This document shows, in pieces, positions 9,813-19,172 of a stretch of 64,000 bases of DNA (positions within the stretch are counted from its first letter, which is position 1; each line of letters opens with the position of its first letter). Below the pieces are notes generated by a model. It worked only from the letters and a program-made list of their open reading frames with translations, was not told where the DNA came from and did no database searches. The position numbers and the translations under genes are program-made. This stretch comes from an uncultured Chloroflexia bacterium (GTDB taxonomy: Bacteria > Chloroflexota > Limnocylindria > Limnocylindrales > CSP1-4): the NCBI GenBank assembly GCA_963707215.1, contig CAVPPB010000003.1, positions 321,415 to 385,414 of the forward strand, written 5' to 3'.

Positions 9813-10427
9813 ATGTCCAGGGCGAGGAACCCCGAGCCGATCGGTCCCGGGCGGCTCAGCGTCCGCCCGGCGACAGCCGAGCGCTGGCCCGACCTCGTGA
9901 CCCTCCTGGGCGGGGACACGGAGCGGGGCTGCTGGTGCCAAGCCTGGCGCGGGCGGATCCATTCGCCCGACCCGGACGCTCCGGACGACAACCGGTCACG
10001 CCTCGCGGGGCAGGTCCGGGACGGCCCATTCGCCCCGGGGGTCATCGCCTACTTCGAAGGCGAGCCGGTCGGCTGGTGCGGCCTCGGGCCCAGGGCGTCC
10101 ATGCCCCGCCTCGTCGGGTCCCGGACGATCCCCACCGTCGACGACGTCCCGGTCTGGTCGATCGGCTGCTTCGTGGTGCGCCCCGGCTATCGACGTCGCG
10201 GGGTCGCTCGGGCCCTGCTGCGCGGGGCCGTGGACTACGCCCGATCGCAGGGTGCGCCCGGCGTCGAGGCCTACCCGATCGATCCGGGCGGCGCCCGGGT
10301 CTCGACCGCCTTCGGGTTCGTCGGCTTCACCTCCATGTTCGAGGCCGCGGGCTTCCGCCGGATCATCGTCACGGACGCCCACAGCGCCGGCCTGGCGCGC
10401 TGGCTCATGCGCCTGGACCTCGACTGA
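9813..10427 (+). CDS. GNAT family N-acetyltransferase (CWC-motif subfamily, paralog of 19173..19781)
   Basis: RGCWCQAWRGR motif; acetyl-CoA motif A is VVRPGYRRRGVARALL. Confidence 0.8.
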   Translation: MSRARNPEPIGPGRLSVRPATAERWPDLVTLLGGDTERGCWCQAWRGRIHSPDPDAPDDNRSRLAGQVRDGPFAPGVIAYFEGEPVGWCGLGPRASMPRLVGSRTIPTVDDVPVWSIGCFVVRPGYRRRGVARALLRGAVDYARSQGAPGVEAYPIDPGGARVSTAFGFVGFTSMFEAAGFRRIIVTDAHSAGLARWLMRLDLD

Positions 10428-10526
10428 CCCGTCCCGCACCCACTCGGGTCCGGGCTTCGTCCTCGCCCTGCGTCGCTGCGGGTATCCTGCGGTCCGACAG
10501 CGGACCTTATCCGACTCGAGGGACGC

Positions 10527-10946
10527 ATGGCCCCATCCAAGCCCGACGATCCGCTCCTGGCCACGCTGCTCGACCGACTCGAGCGGACGCCGGTCGGGCG
10601 ACTCCGGCTGCTGGCCGTCCGACCGCTCGACACCGCAGGCCACGATCGCGCCCGGGCCGGCGCCGAAGATGCGGCGCGGCGGGCCGGACGGGCCGAGCGT
10701 CACGCGGTCGCGCGGGCCTGGCTCGACGACCTCCTGCGACGCTCCTTCAGTCAGCGCGGCTTCGCCCCGGCGGCGGCGCTCGGCATCCCCCACGAGCCGC
10801 TCGGACCGGTCGACCGCGTACGCGTCGAACGGACGATCGACGACGCGCTCCTCGCGGTCCTGGTCCGCGACCTCGTCGACGAGACGACCTACGACGAATT
10901 GCTGGGTCCGTGCGCTGGCCTCCTCGAGGACGACGCGGCATCCTGA
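10527..10946 (+). CDS. hypothetical protein
   Basis: 139-aa ORF with G/C-rich third positions and GAGGGA before the ATG. No domain recognised. Confidence 0.5.
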   Translation: MAPSKPDDPLLATLLDRLERTPVGRLRLLAVRPLDTAGHDRARAGAEDAARRAGRAERHAVARAWLDDLLRRSFSQRGFAPAAALGIPHEPLGPVDRVRVERTIDDALLAVLVRDLVDETTYDELLGPCAGLLEDDAAS

Positions 10947-10995
10947 CCGGGCCCAAGAGGCCCGCCGATGACCGCGGCGTCGCCAGCGCCGCCCT

Positions 10996-11880
10996 TCAGC
11001 TCGACGCCCGGAGCCGGCGCAGGACCTCGCCGTGGAGGATCCCGTTGGTTGCCAGGAACGTCTCGGCGTGGACCGACCGAACGCCGTCGAAGTCGGTCAC
11101 CCGCCCGCCGGCCTCCTCGATGACCAGGAGCGGCGCGGCGATGTCCCAGGGCTTCAGGCCGGCTTCGACCATGACCTCGGCCGCGCCCTCGGCGACGAGG
11201 GCGTAGCCCCAGAAGTCACCGAAGCCGCGCTCCCGCCAGGCTGCTCGGAGCAGCGCGTCGAAACCCGGCGCCCTGCCCGTGTCGGCGATGTCGCGCCCCG
11301 AGCCGTAGAGGACCTGGGCGTCGTCGAGGCGGTCGATCCTCGAGACGGCCGCCCGGCGGATGCCGGAGCCCCGGGCCAGGTCCTCGGCCCAGGCTCCCCC
11401 ACCCCGTCGGGCGTACCAGCGCTCGCCGAAGGCCGGCGCCGACACGACACCCACCTGGAGCTCCCCGTCCACCTCGAGCGCGAGGAGGGTCCCGAAGAGC
11501 GGGATCCCGCGCATGAAGTTGTGGGTCCCGTCGATCGGGTCGACGTACCAGCGGACCCTCGCCTCGCTCGCTTCCTCGCCGTACTCCTCGCCCACGATCC
11601 CGTGGTCCGGGAAGGCCAGGCCGATCCGCTCGCGGATCAGCCGCTCGATGGCGGTGTCGGCCTCGGTGACGAAGGTCCGGTCGGGCTTGGCACTGACCGC
11701 GGGGTCGCGCCGGAAGTGCTCGAGGGCGATCGGATCAGCCGCGTCGCAGACTGCGAGGGCGAACGCGAGCCACCCCTCGAGGTCGGCCTCGCTCGCCCGA
11801 GCGAATCCCGCGCTCCAGGTCGGCCCGTGGTCGGCGGGCTCACGCTCGACCGCGTCCCCCGGGTCGGGCGCCCGGACCAT
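10996..11880 (-). CDS. inositol monophosphatase family protein (HisN-like histidinol-phosphatase)
   Basis: FVTEADTAIERLIRERI, GEEYG, WYVDPIDGTHNFMRGIP, and the C-terminal WDIAAP motif. Confidence 0.85.
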   Translation of the reverse strand: MVRAPDPGDAVEREPADHGPTWSAGFARASEADLEGWLAFALAVCDAADPIALEHFRRDPAVSAKPDRTFVTEADTAIERLIRERIGLAFPDHGIVGEEYGEEASEARVRWYVDPIDGTHNFMRGIPLFGTLLALEVDGELQVGVVSAPAFGERWYARRGGGAWAEDLARGSGIRRAAVSRIDRLDDAQVLYGSGRDIADTGRAPGFDALLRAAWRERGFGDFWGYALVAEGAAEVMVEAGLKPWDIAAPLLVIEEAGGRVTDFDGVRSVHAETFLATNGILHGEVLRRLRASS

Positions 11881-11883
11881 CGC

Positions 11884-13290
11884 CTACCCCGCGGCCGCGG
11901 TCTCGAGCGCCATCGGCAGCGGCCGGTGGACTTCCACCGGCTCCACGTACCGCTCGACCATCGCCCGCGACCCGACGACGCCGAGCTGCTCGTACAGGAA
12001 GACGATCTTGTCGCCCTGGGAGGCCAGGATCTGGTCCTTGGTCGCCAGGTCCCAGAGCTGGCGCTTCAGCGGGCCGATGGCCTTCTTGCGGGTCGTGTAG
12101 ACGAACTGGGCGTCCGTCTGGCCCTCCTTGCGCTCGTCGGCCGCGTTCTCGAAGCACCACGCCTCGACGGCCTGGTGGAGCTCGGCCGGGAAGGCTGGGT
12201 GCTCGTAGAGCGCGTTCTGGAAGCCGGTCGCGAGGTGGATCTCGGCAGTCTCGACCTCGCGGAAGCGGTGGAACAGCTCGTCGGGCAGGGTCGAGGCTCC
12301 GTGCTGGACCGTCCCGGCGCACCCGTACTCATCGCGGGCGACGGTACCCAACCGGGCATGGACGTCGAAGTCGACCGCGACGGTCGCCACCGAACCGTCG
12401 GGCAGGACCACGCCACCGTGGCTCGTGCCGGTCTGGACACTGACCTTCGAGACGCCGACGGCGCCGGGGGCGAGCCGGGCCAGCTCGCGGACGAAGCCAT
12501 CGAGGTAGGCCCGCAGCTCCGCCTCGGTCGAGTTGTCCTTGCCGACCTCGCCGATCTCTCCGCCCACGCTGATCGTCACGCCGTCGGCCTCGAGGCCCCG
12601 GATGAGGGCCGTCAGCTCGGCCGAGCGGACGTAGTTGACGGCCTGCTCGGCGTCGGCGGTCGGCTGGGAGAGATCCACCAGCGTAGACGCGTCGATGTCG
12701 ATGTTCCGGTAGCCGGCCTCGATGGCCAGGCGGCAGGCCCGTCGGATCTCCTCGGTCATCGCCTCGGGATCGGCGGCGTACTTCTTGGCGTTGAACTGGT
12801 AGTGATCGCCCTGGATGAAGACCGGGCCGCGCCAGCCCGATGCGATGGCGCCAGCCAGGACGGCGGTGCTGTAGTCGATCGGTCGCTGCCAGGTGTAGGT
12901 CTGCTCGCTCCGGGCCAGCTCGAGGATGACGGCCCCGACGTCCCTGGCCAGCGCCGTCTCGTACACGGTCCGGGCCATGTCGAAGGTCTGGGCCCGGATG
13001 TTGATCGCGGGGACGGTGAAGCCGGAGACCTCGCCGCGACCGCGGGCAGCGTAGAGGCCCTGGATGCTGGCCGAGCGGGCGCCGAGTGCCTGGGACGCCT
13101 CCCAGACGATCCAGCGAGCCGCCTCGACCGCACCCTCGTCGTCGGAGAAGGCGGCCGTCCAGGCCAGGTCGCGGATGCCGTCAGCGCGGAAGCGGGCCTC
13201 GTCGACGACGACGAGCGAGCCATCGTCGATGCGGACGGTCCCGTCGAGGCGGCCGAGGAGATCGGAGGCGGAGCTGGCGACGTAGGGCAT
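11884..13290 (-). CDS. class II fructose/tagatose-bisphosphate aldolase family protein (long form)
   Basis: FTVPAINIRAQT, FIQGDHYQ, IDIDASTL, and the VQHGAST metal-site context. Start at ATG 13290 with AGGAG 8 nt upstream. Confidence 0.8.
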   Translation of the reverse strand: MPYVASSASDLLGRLDGTVRIDDGSLVVVDEARFRADGIRDLAWTAAFSDDEGAVEAARWIVWEASQALGARSASIQGLYAARGRGEVSGFTVPAINIRAQTFDMARTVYETALARDVGAVILELARSEQTYTWQRPIDYSTAVLAGAIASGWRGPVFIQGDHYQFNAKKYAADPEAMTEEIRRACRLAIEAGYRNIDIDASTLVDLSQPTADAEQAVNYVRSAELTALIRGLEADGVTISVGGEIGEVGKDNSTEAELRAYLDGFVRELARLAPGAVGVSKVSVQTGTSHGGVVLPDGSVATVAVDFDVHARLGTVARDEYGCAGTVQHGASTLPDELFHRFREVETAEIHLATGFQNALYEHPAFPAELHQAVEAWCFENAADERKEGQTDAQFVYTTRKKAIGPLKRQLWDLATKDQILASQGDKIVFLYEQLGVVGSRAMVERYVEPVEVHRPLPMALETAAAG

Positions 13291-13387
13291 GGGGTATGGA
13301 CTCCTGATGGTGGGCGCCACCACATGGTACCGCCGAGCGGCCCGCCACTCGACCCGGCGTCCGGCGCCGTGAGCCGCCGCTGTGCCT

Positions 13388-13870
13388 CTAGCCGAGGGTC
13401 GGCTTGAAGACCATCAGGGCGAGCACGACCAGGAAGAGGACGGTGAGCAGGTATCCCAGCAGCTGAGCGCGCCTGACGCGCCGGAGCAGCTCGGCCGGCG
13501 GGCCATCCGGACCGGGCGGCCCTGCCTGTACCAATCGGACGATCTGACGCGTGTTGGGAAGTCCGACGACCAGCGCCAGGAAGCTCGTGATGGCGTAGAC
13601 ACCGATCGCGAGCTCGAGCCAGCGGGTCGCGGACGACCCGAACTCGTAGCCGCGGGCGATGATCATCAGGGCCCCGCTGATCCAGAGGCTCAGGGCGAAC
13701 GGCAGGATCAGCCACGTGGACAGGCGCAGGTTCACCCGGGTGAGGAAGGGCCGGACCTGTGGCTCGCCGGCGGCCATCGAGGCCATGATCGGGATCGCGA
13801 ACGTCGGGCCGAAGGCCACGATGGCGGCCAGGACGTGGGCGAACAGGAACACCGGGAACAGGTCGGCCAT
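13388..13870 (-). CDS. DUF2269-like integral membrane protein
   Basis: MADLFPVFLFAHVLAAIVAFGPTFA and four hydrophobic helices in 160 aa. Confidence 0.7.
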   Translation of the reverse strand: MADLFPVFLFAHVLAAIVAFGPTFAIPIMASMAAGEPQVRPFLTRVNLRLSTWLILPFALSLWISGALMIIARGYEFGSSATRWLELAIGVYAITSFLALVVGLPNTRQIVRLVQAGPPGPDGPPAELLRRVRRAQLLGYLLTVLFLVVLALMVFKPTLG

Positions 13871-13957
13871 GGTCTCCCTCCGTGCGAGGACCCAACGATA
13901 GCGCCGTGGCGCGGGCCACGGGGGAAGGACGTGGGCGGGCTCAGCTCCGATCGGCGC

Positions 13958-14905
13958 TCAGCTTGGGGTCGAGGGCGGTCGATGACCGGCGATCGCGGCC
14001 CGCACAGCAGAGTCGTCAGCTCCGACGCGGAGAAGCCGGGAGAGCACGTCGACCCGGGACGCGACATCGACCTCGAGCGCGCCCGGCCGACGACCGATGC
14101 GCATCGCGAGCTCCGGCATGACACCCCAGGCGAAGTGCTCCCAGCCGCCGCGCCGCTCGTCCCACGTGCCGAGGACGGCGGGCCCGAGCCGCTGGACGTG
14201 GCCGTGCGCGTCGCGGACCACCGGCCGCATCCAGTGGACGGCGACGACCCGACCCGGCTGCGTCGACGTCGTCTCCCCGACGTCAGCGGCTTCGGGGCCG
14301 GCGAGCGGCGCGAGGATGAGGACAAGGCCGAGCAGGCTCAGCTCGTCGTTGCCGAGCGAGACCGGTGGTCCGCCGAGCAGGCCCAGGGCTGTCTCGAGCG
14401 AGTCCGCCTCCATCGTGGCGGCCAGGCCCCGGCCGACCGCCACCGCCCGGAGCACGGCGCGGGTCTCCGGCGGTCCCAACGCCGAAGTCGACGACTCGGC
14501 GGTCGCGAGATCCGGTGTGACGAGCACCATGGGGGCGTCTTCCGTCGCGCCGGACGGCGCGATCGACCCGGCGTCGCCGGACAGTATCCGCCGGACCGGC
14601 GTCGCCGCCGGGAGCAGGCCGAGGAGAAGATCGCGGAACCGCTCACGACCAGTGCCGGGTGGGCCGGCCACGACGAACGGCATCCGGGCCTCCACGAGGG
14701 CCCAGAGGAGCCCGGCCAGCGCCTCGTCGAGGGCACGCTCCCGGATCGCTGCCACGAGCGTGGAGTCGGCGGCGTCGGCGGAGGCCGGGGACGGCGGGCG
14801 GTCGGGCACGAGGGGCTCCCTGGCGACTGGACCGGCCGAGCCTAGGTCGCGGACGGTGGCCGCGTCAACGGGCACCGACTGCAACGGCGCCGGCCGCTCC
14901 GTCAT
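13958..14905 (-). CDS. FlaI/TadA/VirB11-like secretion-ATPase homologue with a degenerate P-loop (probable pseudo-ATPase)
   Basis: Start at ATG 14905 (MTERPAPL). LLWALVEARMPFVVAGPPGTGRER replaces the GxxGxGKT P-loop at 14642-14665. ATMEADSLETALGLL sits in the His-box position. The C-terminal WDERRGGWEHF...ELAMRIG...DVASRVDVLSRLL resembles FlaI C-termini. Alignment is from memory only. Confidence 0.55.
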   Translation of the reverse strand: MTERPAPLQSVPVDAATVRDLGSAGPVAREPLVPDRPPSPASADAADSTLVAAIRERALDEALAGLLWALVEARMPFVVAGPPGTGRERFRDLLLGLLPAATPVRRILSGDAGSIAPSGATEDAPMVLVTPDLATAESSTSALGPPETRAVLRAVAVGRGLAATMEADSLETALGLLGGPPVSLGNDELSLLGLVLILAPLAGPEAADVGETTSTQPGRVVAVHWMRPVVRDAHGHVQRLGPAVLGTWDERRGGWEHFAWGVMPELAMRIGRRPGALEVDVASRVDVLSRLLRVGADDSAVRAAIAGHRPPSTPS

Positions 14906-14994
14906 GTCCCGGTCACCCGGCCGACGCCGTCCCGTCACGCAGGAGAGCGAACCTGCAGCCAGCAAACGACGCCCCACTACCGGAGCCCCGATCC

Positions 14995-15714
14995 ATGAAC
15001 CTCTTCGGCGACCTCGAGCGCTTCTTCGCGACGGTGATCTGGCCCAACCGCGTGCCCCTGCTGATCGCCACGGTCGCACTCGGGACACTGGTTCTCATCC
15101 TCGCCTGGCGAGCAGGCTGGATCGCTCGAGTCGCGGCGACGGCCCGGCGCCATCCAGGTCGATCGGCCCTCACCGCTGGCCTCGCGCTCGCGCTGGTCGT
15201 ACCGCTCGGCTGGTATCTCGCCTCGCCGCTCGTCCTCCGGACCGTGCTGGTGGAGGATCTCCCGATCGCGGTTGCCGTACCTTCGTCGTCCCCGGCGCCG
15301 GGCGGCGTGCCAGCTCCCTCGCCGAGCCCGGGGTTCGTCGGTGCGCCGACGGTCGACCCATCCGCGCTGGCACCTTCGGGCCCCCTGGTGGTCGCCAGCG
15401 GGACGTTCCGCGACGCCGACGACTTCCACCGGGGGAGCGGCACGGCCAGCATCGTCGAGGTCGCCCCGGGCCGGTATGTCCTGCGGTTCGAGGGCTTCTC
15501 CGTGACGAACGGACCGGACCTGCACGTGTACGTCTCGCCGGATCCGGACGGCTACGCGGCGGGATCGCTCGACCTGGGCAAGCTCAAGGCGACCGACGGC
15601 TCGTTCAACCACGAGCTGCCCGACGGCTTCGAGCCGGCGAGCTGGGCCAGCGTCGTCATCTGGTGCGAGCCGTTCGCCGTCCAGTTCGCCCACGCGCCGC
15701 TCGTCGGCGCCTAG
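14995..15714 (+). CDS. membrane-anchored DM13 domain protein
   Basis: ATG 14995. Two N-terminal TM helices, a Pro/Ser linker, then GTFRDADDFHRGSGTASIVEVAPGRYVLRFEGFSVTNGPDLHVYVS...VVIWCEPFAVQFAHAPL (DM13 signature). Confidence 0.75.
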   Translation: MNLFGDLERFFATVIWPNRVPLLIATVALGTLVLILAWRAGWIARVAATARRHPGRSALTAGLALALVVPLGWYLASPLVLRTVLVEDLPIAVAVPSSSPAPGGVPAPSPSPGFVGAPTVDPSALAPSGPLVVASGTFRDADDFHRGSGTASIVEVAPGRYVLRFEGFSVTNGPDLHVYVSPDPDGYAAGSLDLGKLKATDGSFNHELPDGFEPASWASVVIWCEPFAVQFAHAPLVGA

Positions 15715-15730
15715 GACGGACCGGGCGAGC

Positions 15731-15952
15731 CTAGCGGGAGGCGTCCGCCTCGGCCCCGCGGAGCTCGCCGGCGTCGATCCGGACGACGGCGTCGCAGCCC
15801 ACGAACTGGCAGCGGTAGAAGCGCTCGGTCGGTCCGCGGTCCGGATCGATCGTCTCGGCACTGCGCTCGGGCAGCATCGGCCACCAGTCGACCAGGCCGT
15901 GGCGATGGTGGAGGGTCGTCGGGAACCTGACCTTGGCGCTCGGATCGGACAT
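15731..15952 (-). CDS. small hypothetical protein (73 aa)
   Basis: Strong G/C third-position bias. MSDPSAKVRFPTTLHHRHGLVDWWPM...RFYRCQFVGCDAVV. Weak RBS. Confidence 0.5.
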   Translation of the reverse strand: MSDPSAKVRFPTTLHHRHGLVDWWPMLPERSAETIDPDRGPTERFYRCQFVGCDAVVRIDAGELRGAEADASR

Positions 15953-16088
15953 GGCCCGAGCCTACCCTACGACCCCGCCACCGTCCCGGGGCCGACCGGT
16001 CGGCGGGACGGTCCGTCGACCGTGGGACGCACCCCGGGTCGACAGACCCGCCGGCCGACGGCAGACTGGCCCCGACAGGGAGGTCCAC

Positions 16089-16568
16089 GTGAACGCCATC
16101 GACGTCCTCATGTACGGCCAGCGCACGCTCACCACCGCGATCGCCCGCCTCTCACCGGAGGACTGGACGACGCCGGGCGCGCTGGGCACCTGGACCGCCA
16201 AGGACATCGTGGGGCACCTCGGCGCCTTCGAGGTCCGCTTCGTGGAGATCCTCGCCGGCTTCGCCGGAGTCCCCCACGAGCCTCGGCTGGTGCTGGCCGA
16301 TCCCGAGACGTTCAACGACGACCAGGCTGCGGTCCGGGCCGACTGGCCGGCCGAGACGGTGCTGGCCGAGCTCACGGATGCCCATGCCCGGGTCATGGAC
16401 CTCGCCCGAGGTATCCCGGAGGAGCGCTGGCGCGAGGTCGGGACGATCCCCTGGTACGGCCCCGAGTACTCGCTCGACGACCTGGTCGTCTACTCGATGT
16501 ACGGGCACAAGCGAGAGCACACGCCCCAGCTCGAGGCGGTCGTCGCCGGCAGGACCGATTCCGCCTAG
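16089..16568 (+). CDS. DinB / mycothiol-dependent maleylpyruvate-isomerase-N-terminal-like family protein
   Basis: GTG 16089 behind GGGAGG. WTAKDIVGHLGAFE...YGHKREH motifs. Confidence 0.8.
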   Translation: MNAIDVLMYGQRTLTTAIARLSPEDWTTPGALGTWTAKDIVGHLGAFEVRFVEILAGFAGVPHEPRLVLADPETFNDDQAAVRADWPAETVLAELTDAHARVMDLARGIPEERWREVGTIPWYGPEYSLDDLVVYSMYGHKREHTPQLEAVVAGRTDSA

Positions 16569-16791
16569 CGCTGGGGCGCGGCGGACCCGCTTCGCCCGCC
16601 GGACGGGTCCGACGACCCATCGGCACTGCGCCAGCCGGCCCTTGTGCGCGCTTCGCCCGGTCCCGTGACATGGAGCCGCGCTGGTCGCTCGCGAAACGCT
16701 CGGAGCGGAGGCGCGTCACATCGGTGGGCTCCCGGACGCAGGGCGGCCGACGAGTGGACGGCCGTTCGTCCGGGCAGCCCGGGAGGTCCGG

Positions 16792-17352
16792 ATGCCCCGG
16801 CCAGGGAGGGATCGCTCGCAGCCGCCCGCAGTGCCACCCAGCCATGGTGCGCGGTCCGCGTTCACGGCCCTCCTCGCGATCCTGCTGCCCCTGGCGGTCC
16901 TGGCAGCGGGCTGCGTCCGCGAGGGCGGCACCCCGCCCGAGGACCGCGACACCCCAGGCAACGTGACCGTCGCCTACCACCGCCTCGGCGACCTGCGCAT
17001 CGGTGAGTGCGCGGACATGGTCCTGGAGGCCGACGATCGGGAGTTGCTGGCGGTCATCCGTCAGCCCTGTCGTATCCCGCACGATGCCGAGGTGATCGGC
17101 CTGGCGATCCACCCGACGAGCCCGTTGGCCCGCTACCCGGGCGAGCGCGAGCTCCTGGCCTGGGCCGAGCACGAATGCCTGGCCGCCGTCGAATCCTACG
17201 TCGGCGTTCCCTACAAGGACGCGGACCTCATGGCCTACTACTACATCCCGACGGTGTCGTCGTGGGCTGACGGCGACCGTGCGTCGCAGTGCCTGGTGAC
17301 CGCCCAGGGCGGCGGGCGCCTGGAGGGATCGGTCCGGGCCGGGGGCGGGTGA
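16792..17352 (+). CDS. putative secreted lipoprotein (Cys-containing, septum-formation-like)
   Basis: GGGAGG 5 nt before ATG. Signal peptide with lipobox LAAGC. Conserved Cys pairs. Confidence 0.7.
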   Translation: MPRPGRDRSQPPAVPPSHGARSAFTALLAILLPLAVLAAGCVREGGTPPEDRDTPGNVTVAYHRLGDLRIGECADMVLEADDRELLAVIRQPCRIPHDAEVIGLAIHPTSPLARYPGERELLAWAEHECLAAVESYVGVPYKDADLMAYYYIPTVSSWADGDRASQCLVTAQGGGRLEGSVRAGGG

Positions 17353-17388
17353 CCGTCCTGCCTACCGGTCGCCGGATCGGTCCTCGGG

Positions 17389-17757
17389 TCAGGCGAAGAA
17401 GTCGACGATCGCCGCCGTGTCGTCCGAGAAGGCCCAGCGCTCGACGATCCGGCCGTCCCGAAGATGGCAGATCTCGGCCGTGCGATAGACCAGCGTGCGG
17501 CCTCCCCGGACCGCCGTGGCCTCGACGAGGGCGATGACGTGGTCATCGCTCGCCAGGACGTCGTGGACCTTCGTCGTGATCTCGAAGCCCGGGTCGGACA
17601 TCATCGCGGCCATCGCCGCCTTGCCATGGATCGGCTCCGAGCCCCCGATGTAGTGCCAGACGACGTCGTCGGCGATGTACCGACCGACAGCTTCGTTGTC
17701 GCCGGCATTCATGGCGTCGAGCACGGCCCGCATCACGTCGGCATTCCCCTGGGTCAT
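17389..17757 (-). CDS. SnoaL-like / NTF2 superfamily protein
   Basis: Start at ATG 17757 (MTQGNADVMRAVLDAMNAGD...). C-terminal RDGRIVERWAFSD. Confidence 0.8.
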   Translation of the reverse strand: MTQGNADVMRAVLDAMNAGDNEAVGRYIADDVVWHYIGGSEPIHGKAAMAAMMSDPGFEITTKVHDVLASDDHVIALVEATAVRGGRTLVYRTAEICHLRDGRIVERWAFSDDTAAIVDFFA

Positions 17758-17990
17758 GGCATGTGGTCCCTTCCGAAGGCATCCGCGGCCGCCGGGACGG
17801 ACGACCGTCACGCGCCTTCTGGCTCAAGAGTAGGGCCCGGGCGCAAGGTCCCGAGACCGAGCGGCAGGCTCGACGGCACCGCCGGCTGCGTGACCGCGGC
17901 CGGGCGATCCGGCGCGATCGTGCCCCCGGACCCTTGTCGGTGCCGCCGATCGCCCGGCACGGTAGCCGGGCGCGCAGGAAGGAGGGGACG

Positions 17991-18311
17991 ATGGCCAGGT
18001 ACCTGATCGTGGGGACGTACACCGCCGACGGTGCGCAAGGCGTCCTTGCCGAGGGCGGGACCCGTCGCCGTGCCGCGGCAGAGGCCGCGCTCGGGTCCGT
18101 CGGCGGCTCGCTCGAATCGTTCCACTTCGCCCTCGGTGTCGACGAGTGGTACGTGATCGCCGACCTGCCCGACAACGCCGCAGCGGCCGCGATCGCCCTC
18201 GTCGGGACCGCATCCGGGACGCTTCGCTCGAGGGCCATCGCGCTCATCACCGCCGAGGAGATGGACACCGTGGTAGGGCGCGCGCCTGACTTCCGTCCGC
18301 CCGGCGCCTGA
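17991..18311 (+). CDS. GYD domain protein
   Basis: GGAGGGGA then ATG 17991. MARYLIVGTYTADGAQGVLAEGGTRRRAAAEAALGSVGGSLESFHFALGVDEWYVIADLPDN. Confidence 0.8.
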   Translation: MARYLIVGTYTADGAQGVLAEGGTRRRAAAEAALGSVGGSLESFHFALGVDEWYVIADLPDNAAAAAIALVGTASGTLRSRAIALITAEEMDTVVGRAPDFRPPGA

Positions 18312-18561
18312 CTTCGGCCACCCGCAGCCCGCGCTCGGGGCGGGTCGATGCGATCTCGCATCCCCGGGGGAGGGTGCGGCCCACGGCAGGGCGACGGGGC
18401 CGTTTCAGGCCCTCGGCCTCTAGACTCGTACGTTCCCTGGCCGGCATCCTGACCGACGTGCGCGGGGGGCTTCGACGCACGGTCCGAGTCCACGGCCGCC
18501 GAACCGGACCGCTGCCGAGCCACTGGCGAGACCGACCTGCGACGTAGACCCGGAGGCTGCG

Positions 18562-19020
18562 ATGGGTCAGGTCAGGATGCACGCCCATGTCGAGGCGCCG
18601 ATCGAGCGTGTCTTCGACTACGCGGTCGACAAGGATCGCTGGGCCGAGTGGAACGTCTCGACGGTCGATGTCGAGGCCGGGGCCCCGTTGGCCGCAGTCG
18701 GCGAGCGGTTCGCCGGCAGGAACAAGTTCCTCGGGCGGGTCGAACCGTTCGAAGGAGAGGTGACGGCCTTCGAACGCCCCCGGTCGTTCGCCTTCATCAC
18801 GAGCCCGAAGTCGGGAGGCCACGAGAACTGGACGGCGAGCTTCGAGCCAGCGGGGACGGGGACCGACATCGACTGCACGATCGACTATGAGATCGGGATG
18901 GGTCTCATCGGCGCCGCCGCCGACGAGCTCTTCATCGAGCGCCAGGTCCAGCGCATGCTCGATCAATCACGGGACAACTTCGTCACCCTCGTGGAGCACG
19001 AGGCGCTCGTCCCCGCCTGA
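18562..19020 (+). CDS. SRPBCC (polyketide cyclase/dehydrase-like) family protein
   Basis: HVEAPIERVFDYAVDKDRWAEW start and 152 aa length. Confidence 0.8.
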   Translation: MGQVRMHAHVEAPIERVFDYAVDKDRWAEWNVSTVDVEAGAPLAAVGERFAGRNKFLGRVEPFEGEVTAFERPRSFAFITSPKSGGHENWTASFEPAGTGTDIDCTIDYEIGMGLIGAAADELFIERQVQRMLDQSRDNFVTLVEHEALVPA

Positions 19021-19172
19021 GTGAGGGCGTCGCCCGCCGGACCACGCTCGCGGCCCTACTTCGACCACGGGCCCGACTGACGCGACCGCCGCGCAGGCCC
19101 GCGGCGTCGGTCGCCGCCGCACCATCGAACCGCCGCAGCGTTGGGATGAAGCGCCCGTATGCTTGTCGGGCG

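Noticed and set aside
11032-13407. 791-aa plus-strand ORF, and similar long ORFs at 37328..39679, 41383..43803, 3836..5266 and 8432..10045
   Set aside because: They are antisense shadows of well-supported genes (aldolase/hisN-like, cyclase-STAND, aminotransferases, potA). Their composition is dominated by Arg/Gly/Asp/Pro/Glu, and they have no motifs and no RBS.
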